NCBI GenBank assembly: GCA_015059335.1
Contig: SVAP01000002.1
Location: 12,170-76,169, forward strand
From: Bacillota bacterium
Lineage (GTDB): Bacteria > Bacillota_I > Bacilli_A > RF39 > UBA660
Length of the DNA: 64,000 nucleotides
Direction of reading: 5' to 3'
Below, piece by piece: positions 16,444 to 26,393 of the stretch. The notes beneath the pieces were generated by a model. The model did no database searches and was not told the origin of the DNA. It saw nothing but the letters and a program-made list of their open reading frames with translations. The translations under genes and the position numbers were made by a program. How positions within the stretch are numbered: position 1 is the first letter of the stretch; every line of letters begins with the position of its first letter.

Positions 16444-18384
16444 ATGATTATAGGGTTAACAAATAATAATCAATCTGGAAAACAAAAAATATCTAATTTT
16501 ATAGAAAAAAAATATGGTTTCAAATATATAGATATTGATAAAGTTCTCGAAAATATTTTAAAAGAAAAATTTTATTTAGATGAATTTAATAATTGTAATT
16601 GGAAAGACAATATTTCATTTTTGTTAAATATTAGAAATGAAATTGATAAACGTATTAATAATATTGTGAAAAATCATCCTAACGAAGTAATAGTTTTAGA
16701 CTATTCATTGTTAGAAGATACATATATTTTTAATAATTGTGATATTCTTATAAAAAATATTTCTAATAATAGTATTGATAATACTAGCGAAATAGAAATG
16801 GTAATGAATGATAGAAAAAATAGCATACATGCAAAATATGATAATTCTAAATATCATATTGAATTGGATATGGATTCAGATTGGGAAAACAAACTAGAGG
16901 AATATATTAATTTTAATATTAATAATGATACAAAGGTAACAGTTGTAGTGCCAATTTATAATACATGTGATTATTTACCAAAATGTATAAATAGTATTAC
17001 AAATCAAACATATAGAAATTTAGAAATAATTTTAATCAATGATGGTTCAACTGATGAATCATTAAAAATATGTAACTTTCTAGCAGAAAAAGATAATAGG
17101 GTAAAAGTAGTAACCCAAAAAAATATGGGACTTTCTGAAACAAGAAATAGAGGTATGGAACTTGCAACAGGTGAATATATATGTTTTATTGATTCAGACG
17201 ATTATATAGAAAAGGAAATGATTGAAACATTACTAAAAACAGCAAAGAAGACAAATGCTGATGTATGTGAAAGTAGTTTTTATATTCACATGAAAGATGG
17301 AAATATTAAAGATGTTAGTTGTGAACAAAAAGGTATAAAATTTGTAGAAGGTAAGCTTGACTTGATTAATTCATATTCTGATGCAACTATATTAATTCCT
17401 GCATGGGATAAATTATATAAATTATCTGCTATAAAAGATTTTAAATTTGATAAAAATTGTTTTAAAGAAGATTCAGATTATATATATAGACTTTGTATGG
17501 CAGAAAAAACATTTGCATTGGTTAATATTCCATTCTATCATTATATAAAAAGAAAATCTGTATCTTTAACAGGTAATAAAATAAGTGATAGATTATTTAC
17601 ACTTCAAGATTGGGGTAAAGAAGCATATAAAAATACTTTAGCACTTGGTGAAGAATATAGAGATGCTGCAGAAAAAATTTTATATAATAGTCTAGTACAT
17701 ATTTTAAGAAATTACATGAGAGATTATAAAAATAATATATTAAAAGAAAATGAGTTTAAAGATGAAATACAAAATGTTGTTAATGATATAATTAGTTTAT
17801 TACTTAAAGCAAAAAATGTAAAAAAATTTAGGAAACTTGATGAAGTATTATCAATAATTAATGAATTAAAAGACGATAACGTCATTGAAAAAGACAAAAT
17901 GCCATCAATTGAACTTCCATGTGTTGGTATACTGTGGAATTCATTAAGTAAAGAAATGATAGAAGAAGCAATGAAATTTATTAAAGAACGAGCAACTATA
18001 AATGAGTGTGTTTCAGTGGATTTAAAAGATAAGTATAGAGAATTTATAAATGAAATTTATTTGTATAATAACGAATTTGAGGGGATTCCTGTAATTAAGT
18101 CTGGAACGCTAATTGATAGATATGATAGTAATACAATAGTAATTTTAAATTTAATAGTAAAAGTAAGTAATTATTTATATTTTAATAAATTAAAAGGATT
18201 TATGTTTGAAGAAATAGCAGAATTAAAATCATTTATTAGAAAATATTTTAAATATAAAATAAGAGATTATGCTTATGATAACATTTTCCATTTAACAGTG
18301 GATGATGAAGAATATGAATATACTGATGAAATTTGTAAAAAGTATATCAAGGATTATAGGGGGATTAAAAATGGAAAGCAATAA
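16444..18384 (+). CDS. Three-module protein: degenerate dephospho-CoA-kinase-like N-terminus, family-2 glycosyltransferase, unknown C-terminal domain
   Basis: N-terminus MIIGLTNNNQSGKQK resembles the CoaE IGLTGGIGSGKST motif but has a broken Walker A. GT2 core VTVVVPIYNTCDYLPKCINSITNQTYRNLEIILINDGSTDES...GEYICFIDSDDYIE. The last ~170 aa have no motif I recognise. Confidence 0.7.
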   Translation: MIIGLTNNNQSGKQKISNFIEKKYGFKYIDIDKVLENILKEKFYLDEFNNCNWKDNISFLLNIRNEIDKRINNIVKNHPNEVIVLDYSLLEDTYIFNNCDILIKNISNNSIDNTSEIEMVMNDRKNSIHAKYDNSKYHIELDMDSDWENKLEEYINFNINNDTKVTVVVPIYNTCDYLPKCINSITNQTYRNLEIILINDGSTDESLKICNFLAEKDNRVKVVTQKNMGLSETRNRGMELATGEYICFIDSDDYIEKEMIETLLKTAKKTNADVCESSFYIHMKDGNIKDVSCEQKGIKFVEGKLDLINSYSDATILIPAWDKLYKLSAIKDFKFDKNCFKEDSDYIYRLCMAEKTFALVNIPFYHYIKRKSVSLTGNKISDRLFTLQDWGKEAYKNTLALGEEYRDAAEKILYNSLVHILRNYMRDYKNNILKENEFKDEIQNVVNDIISLLLKAKNVKKFRKLDEVLSIINELKDDNVIEKDKMPSIELPCVGILWNSLSKEMIEEAMKFIKERATINECVSVDLKDKYREFINEIYLYNNEFEGIPVIKSGTLIDRYDSNTIVILNLIVKVSNYLYFNKLKGFMFEEIAELKSFIRKYFKYKIRDYAYDNIFHLTVDDEEYEYTDEICKKYIKDYRGIKNGKQ

Positions 18385-19348
18385 TAATTCCTCAGTTAAA
18401 AATTATCAAAGTGATTCAGTTATTAAAAAAATGTATAATGAATCATTTAATTGTACTTATGATAATATTAAAATAAAAAAACTAAGTGGTGGATTAAAAA
18501 ATGCTGTATATTTAATTCAAGATTTAGATAAAAAAGTTGTTCTTAAAATTGCATCAAAAGATGAAACAAAAATGATAACTGCTGATCGTAATACATTTTG
18601 GTGGGAGGCAAAAATGTTAGAGTTAATGAAAACAATTGACATTCCAAGTCCGAGACTTTTACATTTTGATAATAGTTGTAATACATGTGGTTCTCCTTAT
18701 ATTTTTATGACTTATATAGAAGGAGAAAATTATTTAAAAACCAAAGAAATTTTAAATGACGAGGAAAATAAAAAAATTGAATATCAATTAGGTAAGATCT
18801 GTTCAAAAATCTGTAATATAAAAGGACAAAATTATTTTTTACCAAGTCAACCAAATAAAAAATTTAATGATAATTATGAATTTATATTAAACCTATTTAA
18901 TTTATTATTAAATGACGCATTAGAGAAAAATATGGATTTAGGCAAAGATACTTATAAAAAAATAAAAGATATTATTATTACTAATGAAAAAAGTTTAAAT
19001 AGTAATATTAATCTTAGTCTTTGTCATACAGATATTTGGCATGGAAATATTTTAATTGATAACGGGAATGTTTCTGGTGTAGTAGATTTTTCTGACTTAT
19101 ATTATTGTGATGAATTAATGACTTTTTACTTTCATACTATTGATGGAAAAACAAGTATAGATTTTTTAAAAGGTTTTAATAATAAAGTTTTATCAAATGA
19201 TGAATTAACAAGAATAGAAATATATAGAATGTATGTAATTTTAAAAATGATTGTTGATTGCGAATTAAAACAATACGGAAAATTTGATTGGATGTATAGT
19301 AATTTAAATACTAGGATAAGTAATTTACAAAAAAAAACTTTAAATTAA
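18371..19348 (+). CDS. Aminoglycoside/choline-kinase-type (APH family) phosphotransferase
   Basis: Brenner motif and DFG-like motif: LCHTDIWHGNILIDNGNVSGVVDFSD. Start moved from the track's 18302 to ATG 18371, which has a GGGGGA SD and overlaps the upstream stop by 14 nt. Confidence 0.75.
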   Translation: MESNNNSSVKNYQSDSVIKKMYNESFNCTYDNIKIKKLSGGLKNAVYLIQDLDKKVVLKIASKDETKMITADRNTFWWEAKMLELMKTIDIPSPRLLHFDNSCNTCGSPYIFMTYIEGENYLKTKEILNDEENKKIEYQLGKICSKICNIKGQNYFLPSQPNKKFNDNYEFILNLFNLLLNDALEKNMDLGKDTYKKIKDIIITNEKSLNSNINLSLCHTDIWHGNILIDNGNVSGVVDFSDLYYCDELMTFYFHTIDGKTSIDFLKGFNNKVLSNDELTRIEIYRMYVILKMIVDCELKQYGKFDWMYSNLNTRISNLQKKTLN

Positions 19349-19396
19349 TTAATATGGTATAATATTATTTATAATAAATAGAAAGTAGGGATTTTT

Positions 19397-19843
19397 ATGA
19401 AAGAATATAAACAATTAGGTGCATATGGAATAATAGTAAAAGATGGACAAATACTATTAATAAAAAAATCTGGTGGTCCATATGATGGAAAATTGGATTT
19501 ACCAGGTGGAACAATTGAGTTTTGTGAAAGACCAGAACAAGCATTAAAAAGGGAGTTAATTGAAGAAGTTGGTATTGAAATTGAAAAGTATGAATTATTT
19601 GATGCCGATTCAGTTTCTTTCGAATGGCAATTTAAAGAAGAGGTTTTAGTGAAAGTACATCATACCGGAATATTTTATAAGGTTTTTGAGTTTAAAAATG
19701 ATATAAAAAAAGAAGTTGAAATAGACTCAATAAATGATGATTCACTAGGTGCAGAATTTTTTGAGATAAATAAATTGAAAAAAGAACAATTATCACAAAT
19801 AGCTATTTTAGAATTAGAAAAAATGGGTTATGATATACGATAG
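19397..19843 (+). CDS. Nudix hydrolase
   Basis: Nudix box GGTIEFCERPEQALKRELIEEVGIEI (GX5EX7REUXEEXGU). Confidence 0.85.
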   Translation: MKEYKQLGAYGIIVKDGQILLIKKSGGPYDGKLDLPGGTIEFCERPEQALKRELIEEVGIEIEKYELFDADSVSFEWQFKEEVLVKVHHTGIFYKVFEFKNDIKKEVEIDSINDDSLGAEFFEINKLKKEQLSQIAILELEKMGYDIR

Positions 19844-19941
19844 AAAATATTTTCTTTATCATCTACCTAAAATGAAGAATTAAATAATTCACTAAAACAA
19901 TTGTGTCATTGAAATAGAACAATAAAAGATAGAGGTAAATC

Positions 19942-20865
19942 ATGAAAGAAGAATTTAAATATGTTGTTGATAATAGTAAATATGTATCTATAAATGAAAA
20001 TGAAATAGATGAATTTATAAATGCCTTAGGTGATATAAATTATAGTCATTGGTCTAATGAATTAAATTTAGATTTATCAGAAAAAGAATGGATATTACTT
20101 GCTTTTATAATTGAATCTATGAACTTTTGCTTTTGGAAAAAACCTAAATGGAAAATTGAATATAATAATGAAATAATAAGTGGTTCAAATGCATTGTTCT
20201 ATTCTGTAATTAGAGAAGTAGAAAGTAACGAAGATTTTTTAAATATTGATTATTTACAAAATATAAATAAAGAACAATTTATAAAAATATTTAATAGCAT
20301 TGGGGGAGAAATCCCACTTTTTGAGGAAAGATACAATAATTTTAAAGAAGTAGTAAATTATATATATAATAATGAGAACTTTTATAATGATTTATTTTCT
20401 ATTAAAAGCGATAGAGAATTATTAAAATATATAACTGATAATTTTAGTAGTTTTGACGATAAGTCAATATACAAAAATAAAACTATTCACTTTAATAAAC
20501 GTGCTACATTATTAACAAACGATTTATTTTATCTGTCTAAAACAATTAATAACAATTTAGGAAATGTAAATAATTTAAGTGGTTGTGCAGATTATGGTAT
20601 TCCTAGAACATTCAGAGATTATAATATTTTGGTATATAACGATGAACTATCTGAAATTATAGATAATGAAAAAGAATTACAACATGATAGTGAAATGGAA
20701 ATCGAAATAAGAGCAAATATGTTATATATTATTGAAATTATCAAAGAAGCATTGGCAAAAAAAGGAATAATAGTAAATTCTGTGGAATTAGACAATTTAA
20801 TTTGGTGGATGGGTAAGAAAAATAAAAAAAGTAATACCCATCACACAGTTACAATATATTATTAA
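19942..20865 (+). CDS. Queuosine-salvage family protein (DUF2419/Qng1-like)
   Basis: MNFCFWKKPKW and SGCADYGIPRTF match the family signatures NFCFW and ADY.(I/V)P as I remember them. The ~300-aa length also fits. Confidence 0.5.
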   Translation: MKEEFKYVVDNSKYVSINENEIDEFINALGDINYSHWSNELNLDLSEKEWILLAFIIESMNFCFWKKPKWKIEYNNEIISGSNALFYSVIREVESNEDFLNIDYLQNINKEQFIKIFNSIGGEIPLFEERYNNFKEVVNYIYNNENFYNDLFSIKSDRELLKYITDNFSSFDDKSIYKNKTIHFNKRATLLTNDLFYLSKTINNNLGNVNNLSGCADYGIPRTFRDYNILVYNDELSEIIDNEKELQHDSEMEIEIRANMLYIIEIIKEALAKKGIIVNSVELDNLIWWMGKKNKKSNTHHTVTIYY

Positions 20866-20876
20866 TTATTAATAAG

Positions 20877-20901
20877 AAACAATGATTAGCATTGTTTTTT
20901 T
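20877..20901 (+). terminator. Intrinsic terminator
   Basis: aaacaatg-attag-cattgttt followed by a T run. Confidence 0.75.
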
Positions 20902-21019
20902 ATTTAAAGATAGTTGCATTTTTACATTATTTAATTATAATATTAATTGAAAAAACGATTACTTGATAAAAGCAGTATTTCAACATGTCAATTGTATTTC
21001 AAAAATAGAAAGAGGAAAG

Positions 21020-22486
21020 ATGATGAAAACACAAACAAAAAGATTAATTTCATCATTGTTGATTGCTGCAAATTTAACATTACCTGCAAACATAACATTA
21101 GCAAAAGAAGAGTCTAAACATAATACTGAAATTGTAGTAAAATTCAACAATGAACAAATTGAGTTTGACCAACAACCAATAATAGTAGATGGAAGAACAA
21201 AAGTACCTTTTAGAGCAATATTTGAAACAATGGGAACAGTTGTTTATTATAGGAATAGTGATAGTAGTATTTTAGGTATTACACGTGATGGGGATATAAT
21301 AAAGCATACTGTAGGAACAAATAAGGCAACAATAAATGGTATAGAAAAAACATACGATAGTGTATCACAAATTGTAAATGATAGAACATTAATTCCTGTA
21401 AGAATGGTGGCAGATTTATTACAAGCAGAAGTAGAATGGATTGAAAAAACAAAAACAGTTGAAATAGAAAAAGATATTATAACAAATGAATATCACAAGA
21501 AAGTAAGAAATATCTTAGAATGTACTTTAGATAGTAACTTTAATCCAGAGGACTTTAAAAGATATTTAGATTATCAATCTAAACATCCAGAAATAAATAC
21601 AAAACAAGTTATATTGGATGTTAATATGGATTTAGATAGAGAAATGGTAGAAGTTGATACAATTAAAAATATTGATGGAACACATTTTGAAGCAAAAGAA
21701 GAAGATATTTCAATAATAAAGAATCCACATAATCCATTGGTATTAGTTAATAGATATAACAAATTACCGGACGATTATAAACCACAAAATACAATGGAAG
21801 TTGATTTAGAACATAGAACAGGAATGTATGCAGAAATAAGTTCTATTATCTATAATGATTATTTAGAATTATATAATGCTGGAGTAAAAGATGGTTTTGA
21901 TTTTAAAATAATTCAAGGAATAATAGAAACAAATCCAGAATTAGCATCTGCATATTTTTATACACCAAACGCATTTTATTTAAGACAAGAAAGTTATGCA
22001 TTTAATTTATATCCACTACATAGATTTTGCGAATTAGAAACAGGACTAGCAATAAATGTTGTTGCAGTAAGCAGTAGTTATACATATTTTCTAAAATATG
22101 CACACGAAAATAATATATTACCGGTTAATGGTAGCGGAAAACAATGGACTCAAGAACAATTTGATTTAAAATTTTATGGTTCTGAATTAGATCCAAACTA
22201 TCCTGCTAATTATAGACCGCAAATAGATGAAGAAGATAGAAAATATAATTGGTTAGAGAATAATAGTTATAAATATGGTTTTGTTGTAAGATATCCAAAA
22301 GGAAAAGAAAATATAACAAAATATTATTATATGCCCTGGCATTTAAGATATGTTGGAAAAGAAGTTGCTAAAGTTATGCATGATGAAAATTTATGTTTAG
22401 AAGAATATTATGCAAAATATATTAATCCATCTGGTTATGTAACTGATTTAAAATCTACAAAAGAAAAAGTTTTAAAATTATACTAA
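21020..22486 (+). CDS. Secreted protein: copper-amine-oxidase-N-like stalk domain + VanY/M15B-like domain with substituted catalytic residues
   Basis: Signal peptide. DGRTKVPFRAIFETMGTVVYY and NDRTLIPVRMVADLLQAEVEW. VanY-type LVNRYNKLPDDYKP and MPWHLRYVG. Where SxHxxGxAxD is expected, the sequence is CELETGLAIN. Start moved to ATG 21020 (AGAGGAAAG SD). Confidence 0.6.
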   Translation: MMKTQTKRLISSLLIAANLTLPANITLAKEESKHNTEIVVKFNNEQIEFDQQPIIVDGRTKVPFRAIFETMGTVVYYRNSDSSILGITRDGDIIKHTVGTNKATINGIEKTYDSVSQIVNDRTLIPVRMVADLLQAEVEWIEKTKTVEIEKDIITNEYHKKVRNILECTLDSNFNPEDFKRYLDYQSKHPEINTKQVILDVNMDLDREMVEVDTIKNIDGTHFEAKEEDISIIKNPHNPLVLVNRYNKLPDDYKPQNTMEVDLEHRTGMYAEISSIIYNDYLELYNAGVKDGFDFKIIQGIIETNPELASAYFYTPNAFYLRQESYAFNLYPLHRFCELETGLAINVVAVSSSYTYFLKYAHENNILPVNGSGKQWTQEQFDLKFYGSELDPNYPANYRPQIDEEDRKYNWLENNSYKYGFVVRYPKGKENITKYYYMPWHLRYVGKEVAKVMHDENLCLEEYYAKYINPSGYVTDLKSTKEKVLKLY

Positions 22487-22488
22487 AA

Positions 22489-22527
22489 GCTAGATATAAC
22501 AAAGTTTATGTTATATCTAGTTTTTTT
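22489..22527 (+). terminator. Intrinsic terminator
   Basis: gctagatataac-aaagtttat-gttatatctag followed by ttttttt. Confidence 0.85.
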
Positions 22528-22623
22528 AGTATTATCAAAATATGGAAATTAAATCATTGATTAAATAATATGTTTATGTTATCCTAGTATTATAAGGATA
22601 AGATGATAATGGAGTGGGTTGTA

Positions 22624-23277
22624 ATGAATAAAATATTAAAATATATTCTTCTATCAGTTATAGTTTTACTACCATATAAAGTTAATGCAACTTGTAGTAA
22701 CGATTTTAAACAACAAATTTATAGTAGTGCAAATAATATTTCTATAAATTATAATTTAATAGATGAGGAAAAACTGTCTGATAATGATAAATTATTGGAT
22801 AATAGATTTAAAATAACAATATCTGGTTTAACAGAAGATATTGTTATTGAAGATGATTCACTTCATGAACAATATTCAATTAAAAAAGATGAAAGTAATC
22901 CAATACCTGAGGGTGCATCATTAAAGTTTTATTATTTTTATAATGGAAATCAATGTGAACCATATTTAATAAAAACTAAAGTTGTTAATATTCCATATTA
23001 TAATGAGTTTTGGGATGATGAAATATGTGAGAATTTAAATGATTTCAAATATTGTAAAAAGACTACAAGTATTAAAGTGGATTATGATTTTCTAAAAAAA
23101 GAAGTTGATAAATATAAAAATAAAATAGGAAATAATAATGGTGTAGAAATAATTGATTCAGAAAATAATATTTTTGATTATAAAATATTGTTTATAGTAG
23201 TCCCTATTTTTATAGTAGTAATTGCAGTTATAGTAGTTTTGATTAAAAAGAAGAAAAAAAGAGGTAAAGTATTATGA
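22624..23277 (+). CDS. Hypothetical secreted, C-terminally membrane-anchored Cys-containing protein (217 aa)
   Basis: Signal peptide ...LLPYKVNA. C-terminal helix ILFIVVPIFIVVIAVIVVLI followed by KKKKKRGK. The stop overlaps the next start (ATGA). Start moved to ATG 22624. Confidence 0.6.
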   Translation: MNKILKYILLSVIVLLPYKVNATCSNDFKQQIYSSANNISINYNLIDEEKLSDNDKLLDNRFKITISGLTEDIVIEDDSLHEQYSIKKDESNPIPEGASLKFYYFYNGNQCEPYLIKTKVVNIPYYNEFWDDEICENLNDFKYCKKTTSIKVDYDFLKKEVDKYKNKIGNNNGVEIIDSENNIFDYKILFIVVPIFIVVIAVIVVLIKKKKKRGKVL

Positions 23278-26200
23278 TAAAGAAGTTGTTATATACGATT
23301 ATATTTATACTTGTAATATTTTTATCAGTAGATAAAGTATATGCATATACATACGATACTAATATTAGTGGACTTAGTCCATATTATGATATTACTTCTT
23401 TATCTATTAGTAATAATAAACTAACAATATCTGGATGGGCATACGTAGATGAAAAAGATAATGGAAAGTTTAATAATAATAGTATAGAATTTATTCCACA
23501 ATATACTGTGTTTGTTAAAGATGGCAATGGAAATACCATTACAAGTGGAAGTTATTACAAAAATGATAATTCAATACCATCTAATCCATTTTCATTAACT
23601 TGTATATTATTTACAGATAATGATGGGACAGGTGGTTCTGCAAATAGTGGACAAGATTGTATGAATTATAATACAAGTAAAAACTTTAATGTAAGAAATA
23701 CAATGATTGAGAAAAACGTAAATCAAACTCCATATAAAAATAGATATTATGATGGAATAGATTTTAAAATTACAATAGATATTTCAAATTTACAACATAG
23801 TACAGAATATCATTTAGAATTACAAATGAAGTTAGGAGATTATTATAGTAAATCAGTTCCACTATTGATATATCAAGATAGAATTCATAACAATAGTGAG
23901 GTAACTAAAATCGAAACTAAAAATGTAACAGATTGGGTAAAAATAACATCAAATTTAGCATTAATGCAAAACGGTAATATTAAGTATAATAATTCAGCAT
24001 CAATTCAACAATATTGTCATTTTGTTCATAATGGTAACTACCAATATAGTGAAATTAAAGAAGAAACAGAAATTAGTACAAATGATGTAAAATATTATTA
24101 TTATGAATTAATGATGAGTAAAGGAGCATATCATGGAGATTGCTCAACAATAACAAATTCTTTATTATATAAAACAAGTCCAAGTGATTATAAAGTATAT
24201 GCTCATGCAGGATGGTTACAACCAACAGGTAATACAGGATTAATAATTGAAAAAAGAAATCCATGTATTGAGGGAACTGAAACAGAAACAGCAGTTGAAT
24301 ATGCTATAAATAATCCGGGTGTATGTTGTTATGAGATACCAGAAACTTGTTGTGGTAATAAGGTATATATTGAGGAATTATATAATTTAAATCCTAACCA
24401 TTTCTTATTCTCATCAAATTATTGTTGTAATACTGATGGGATATATCAAATAAATAGTTATGATTTATATAAGGGTAAAAACTTTTATTCATTTTATCAT
24501 TATTTCAATAATGAATTAGAATCTTATAAAATGCCATATTGGCAATCTATTGATAATACAAAATTTTATTCTCAAAATTATATTAGCAGCATATGTGAAA
24601 AATCAGAATGGGCAGGTAAAGTTTGTCCAAGTGGTACAACAAAAGATGAAGATTCAACTATTTTATCAATGCAATATGTAAATCATAATTCAACTAGTGG
24701 AACAATAAAACACGATGTATATATGTATTTAGAAAATGATAAAGTTTCAAAAGATGAAATAGGTATTAATTATTTTACTGATGCAGATTTTGAAGAATAT
24801 TTAAGAGAAAATAAATCAAGTGAATTTAAAAATATTAATTATAAAGATTATGCTTTAAATAATAAACATTTTAAGATCACTATTAACAGTGTTAGTAAAG
24901 TTAATAATACCAAAACAAATGGAAAGTATAAATATAAAATAAGTTTTAGTATAGATATCACATCACTAAGTGAAAGTAAATATTCAGCAAAAGGTTATTA
25001 TTTTCTACCTGTTAAGTTGTGGTATTGTGAAAAAGAAAAAGAAGAAGAAACACCACCAAGTTGTAGTGATAATACATATTTTAACGAACACAAATATGAA
25101 TGTTGTTTAGAAAATCCAACTAAAGAGGGTTGTGCTTGTGAAACAACAAGTGATGAAGTATGTTATACATATCTTGAAACATCAGATTGTAATAAAGAAA
25201 GTAATGCAATTTATAACTATGGTACTAAAACTAAAAATTTAACAAATGGAACAGAAACTATTACAGAGGAAATTAAATTTAATAATTATCCTACATTAAC
25301 AAAAATGAAAAATAATACATTAAAAGCAGGAACAGGATTTGAATATGATATAGATGTTACACATGATATAACAATGGAAAGACATTATAGTAGTGCATAT
25401 AGTGGAAGTACAACAATTTATTGTTATTATAGCGGATGTTCATCAGCAAAAAAACAATCAGTAGATAGCTTTTATAGTGGTGTAGATAGAGTATTGACTA
25501 CTGATGTTTCAGAGATTCAAAATCTACAATATAATTTTGATGGTATAAGTTCTGAGGAAATATATGATATTTCAATGACTGATAGTGGTAATAGAACAAA
25601 TTTAAAAAACGACTCTATAAGATTTTGTGAGAGTCTATATAATTCATATACTGATAGTTGGAATACCACTTGTTCTGGTTATTATTCATATCCATCTAAA
25701 GTATTATATAGATATAACTACAAACTAAATCTAAAAGAAAAATACATCTTAAAATTACATAATGCAACAGAGGAATCACAAAACATACTTAATAGTAAAC
25801 CATCAAATGAAGAATTAAAAAACTATCTTGAGGGTGGTAATAAATTTTATACATCTCTTAGTTCATCAAAAGGAATTTATGGGATAAACATATCTTTAGT
25901 AAATACAAATAATAAAGGATTAACAGGATTATTAAACGAAACTGAAAAATTTACTTGTCAATATGAAATAGTTAGTGGAATTAAAAATACTAAAACAAAA
26001 AATTCAGATTTCTATTTTAGACAAATATCATTAACCACTCCTTTTCCGAATAACAGAATAATAGGTGGTAATTGGAATAAATATTGTAGTGATGGTGAAA
26101 ACTGTACATATATAACTTATAATGAAGATAATACACAAAAGGGTAGTAATGTGTATAGCAATGAACCATTATACGAAATAACTTTAACTCCAAATATTAT

Positions 26201-26393
26201 TAAACAAGTTAAAGATTATAGTAAAGATATGGATAATGATTATAGTTGGAAAAATATGACTACTTATGTTAATAACGATTATGCTTTAACAAGTAATTTC
26301 TTTAATACAACAGGAGAACAACATGTTAATTGGGGTACTAATTTAAAATTTAAAACTAACTTTGATAGAAAGATTAAGATAGGTGATTTTTAA
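23274..26393 (+). CDS. Large secreted Cys-rich protein of unknown function (1039 aa)
   Basis: Signal peptide ...SVDKVYA. Clusters of paired cysteines (GVCCYEIPETCCGNK, NYCCNTDG, YECCLENPTKEGCACE). No catalytic or repeat motif I can name. Translationally coupled on both sides. Confidence 0.65.
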   Translation: MIKKLLYTIIFILVIFLSVDKVYAYTYDTNISGLSPYYDITSLSISNNKLTISGWAYVDEKDNGKFNNNSIEFIPQYTVFVKDGNGNTITSGSYYKNDNSIPSNPFSLTCILFTDNDGTGGSANSGQDCMNYNTSKNFNVRNTMIEKNVNQTPYKNRYYDGIDFKITIDISNLQHSTEYHLELQMKLGDYYSKSVPLLIYQDRIHNNSEVTKIETKNVTDWVKITSNLALMQNGNIKYNNSASIQQYCHFVHNGNYQYSEIKEETEISTNDVKYYYYELMMSKGAYHGDCSTITNSLLYKTSPSDYKVYAHAGWLQPTGNTGLIIEKRNPCIEGTETETAVEYAINNPGVCCYEIPETCCGNKVYIEELYNLNPNHFLFSSNYCCNTDGIYQINSYDLYKGKNFYSFYHYFNNELESYKMPYWQSIDNTKFYSQNYISSICEKSEWAGKVCPSGTTKDEDSTILSMQYVNHNSTSGTIKHDVYMYLENDKVSKDEIGINYFTDADFEEYLRENKSSEFKNINYKDYALNNKHFKITINSVSKVNNTKTNGKYKYKISFSIDITSLSESKYSAKGYYFLPVKLWYCEKEKEEETPPSCSDNTYFNEHKYECCLENPTKEGCACETTSDEVCYTYLETSDCNKESNAIYNYGTKTKNLTNGTETITEEIKFNNYPTLTKMKNNTLKAGTGFEYDIDVTHDITMERHYSSAYSGSTTIYCYYSGCSSAKKQSVDSFYSGVDRVLTTDVSEIQNLQYNFDGISSEEIYDISMTDSGNRTNLKNDSIRFCESLYNSYTDSWNTTCSGYYSYPSKVLYRYNYKLNLKEKYILKLHNATEESQNILNSKPSNEELKNYLEGGNKFYTSLSSSKGIYGINISLVNTNNKGLTGLLNETEKFTCQYEIVSGIKNTKTKNSDFYFRQISLTTPFPNNRIIGGNWNKYCSDGENCTYITYNEDNTQKGSNVYSNEPLYEITLTPNIIKQVKDYSKDMDNDYSWKNMTTYVNNDYALTSNFFNTTGEQHVNWGTNLKFKTNFDRKIKIGDF

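Noticed and set aside
18302-18370. Upstream extensions of several track ORFs (18302, 20963, 22603, 29207, 31233, 32914, 55475, 58021, 59386)
   Set aside because: In each case an internal ATG with a proper SD gives a canonical N-terminus (signal peptide, MRLRNVKG of TrmB, and so on). The extension would overlap the preceding gene or carries no SD. The starts were moved accordingly.
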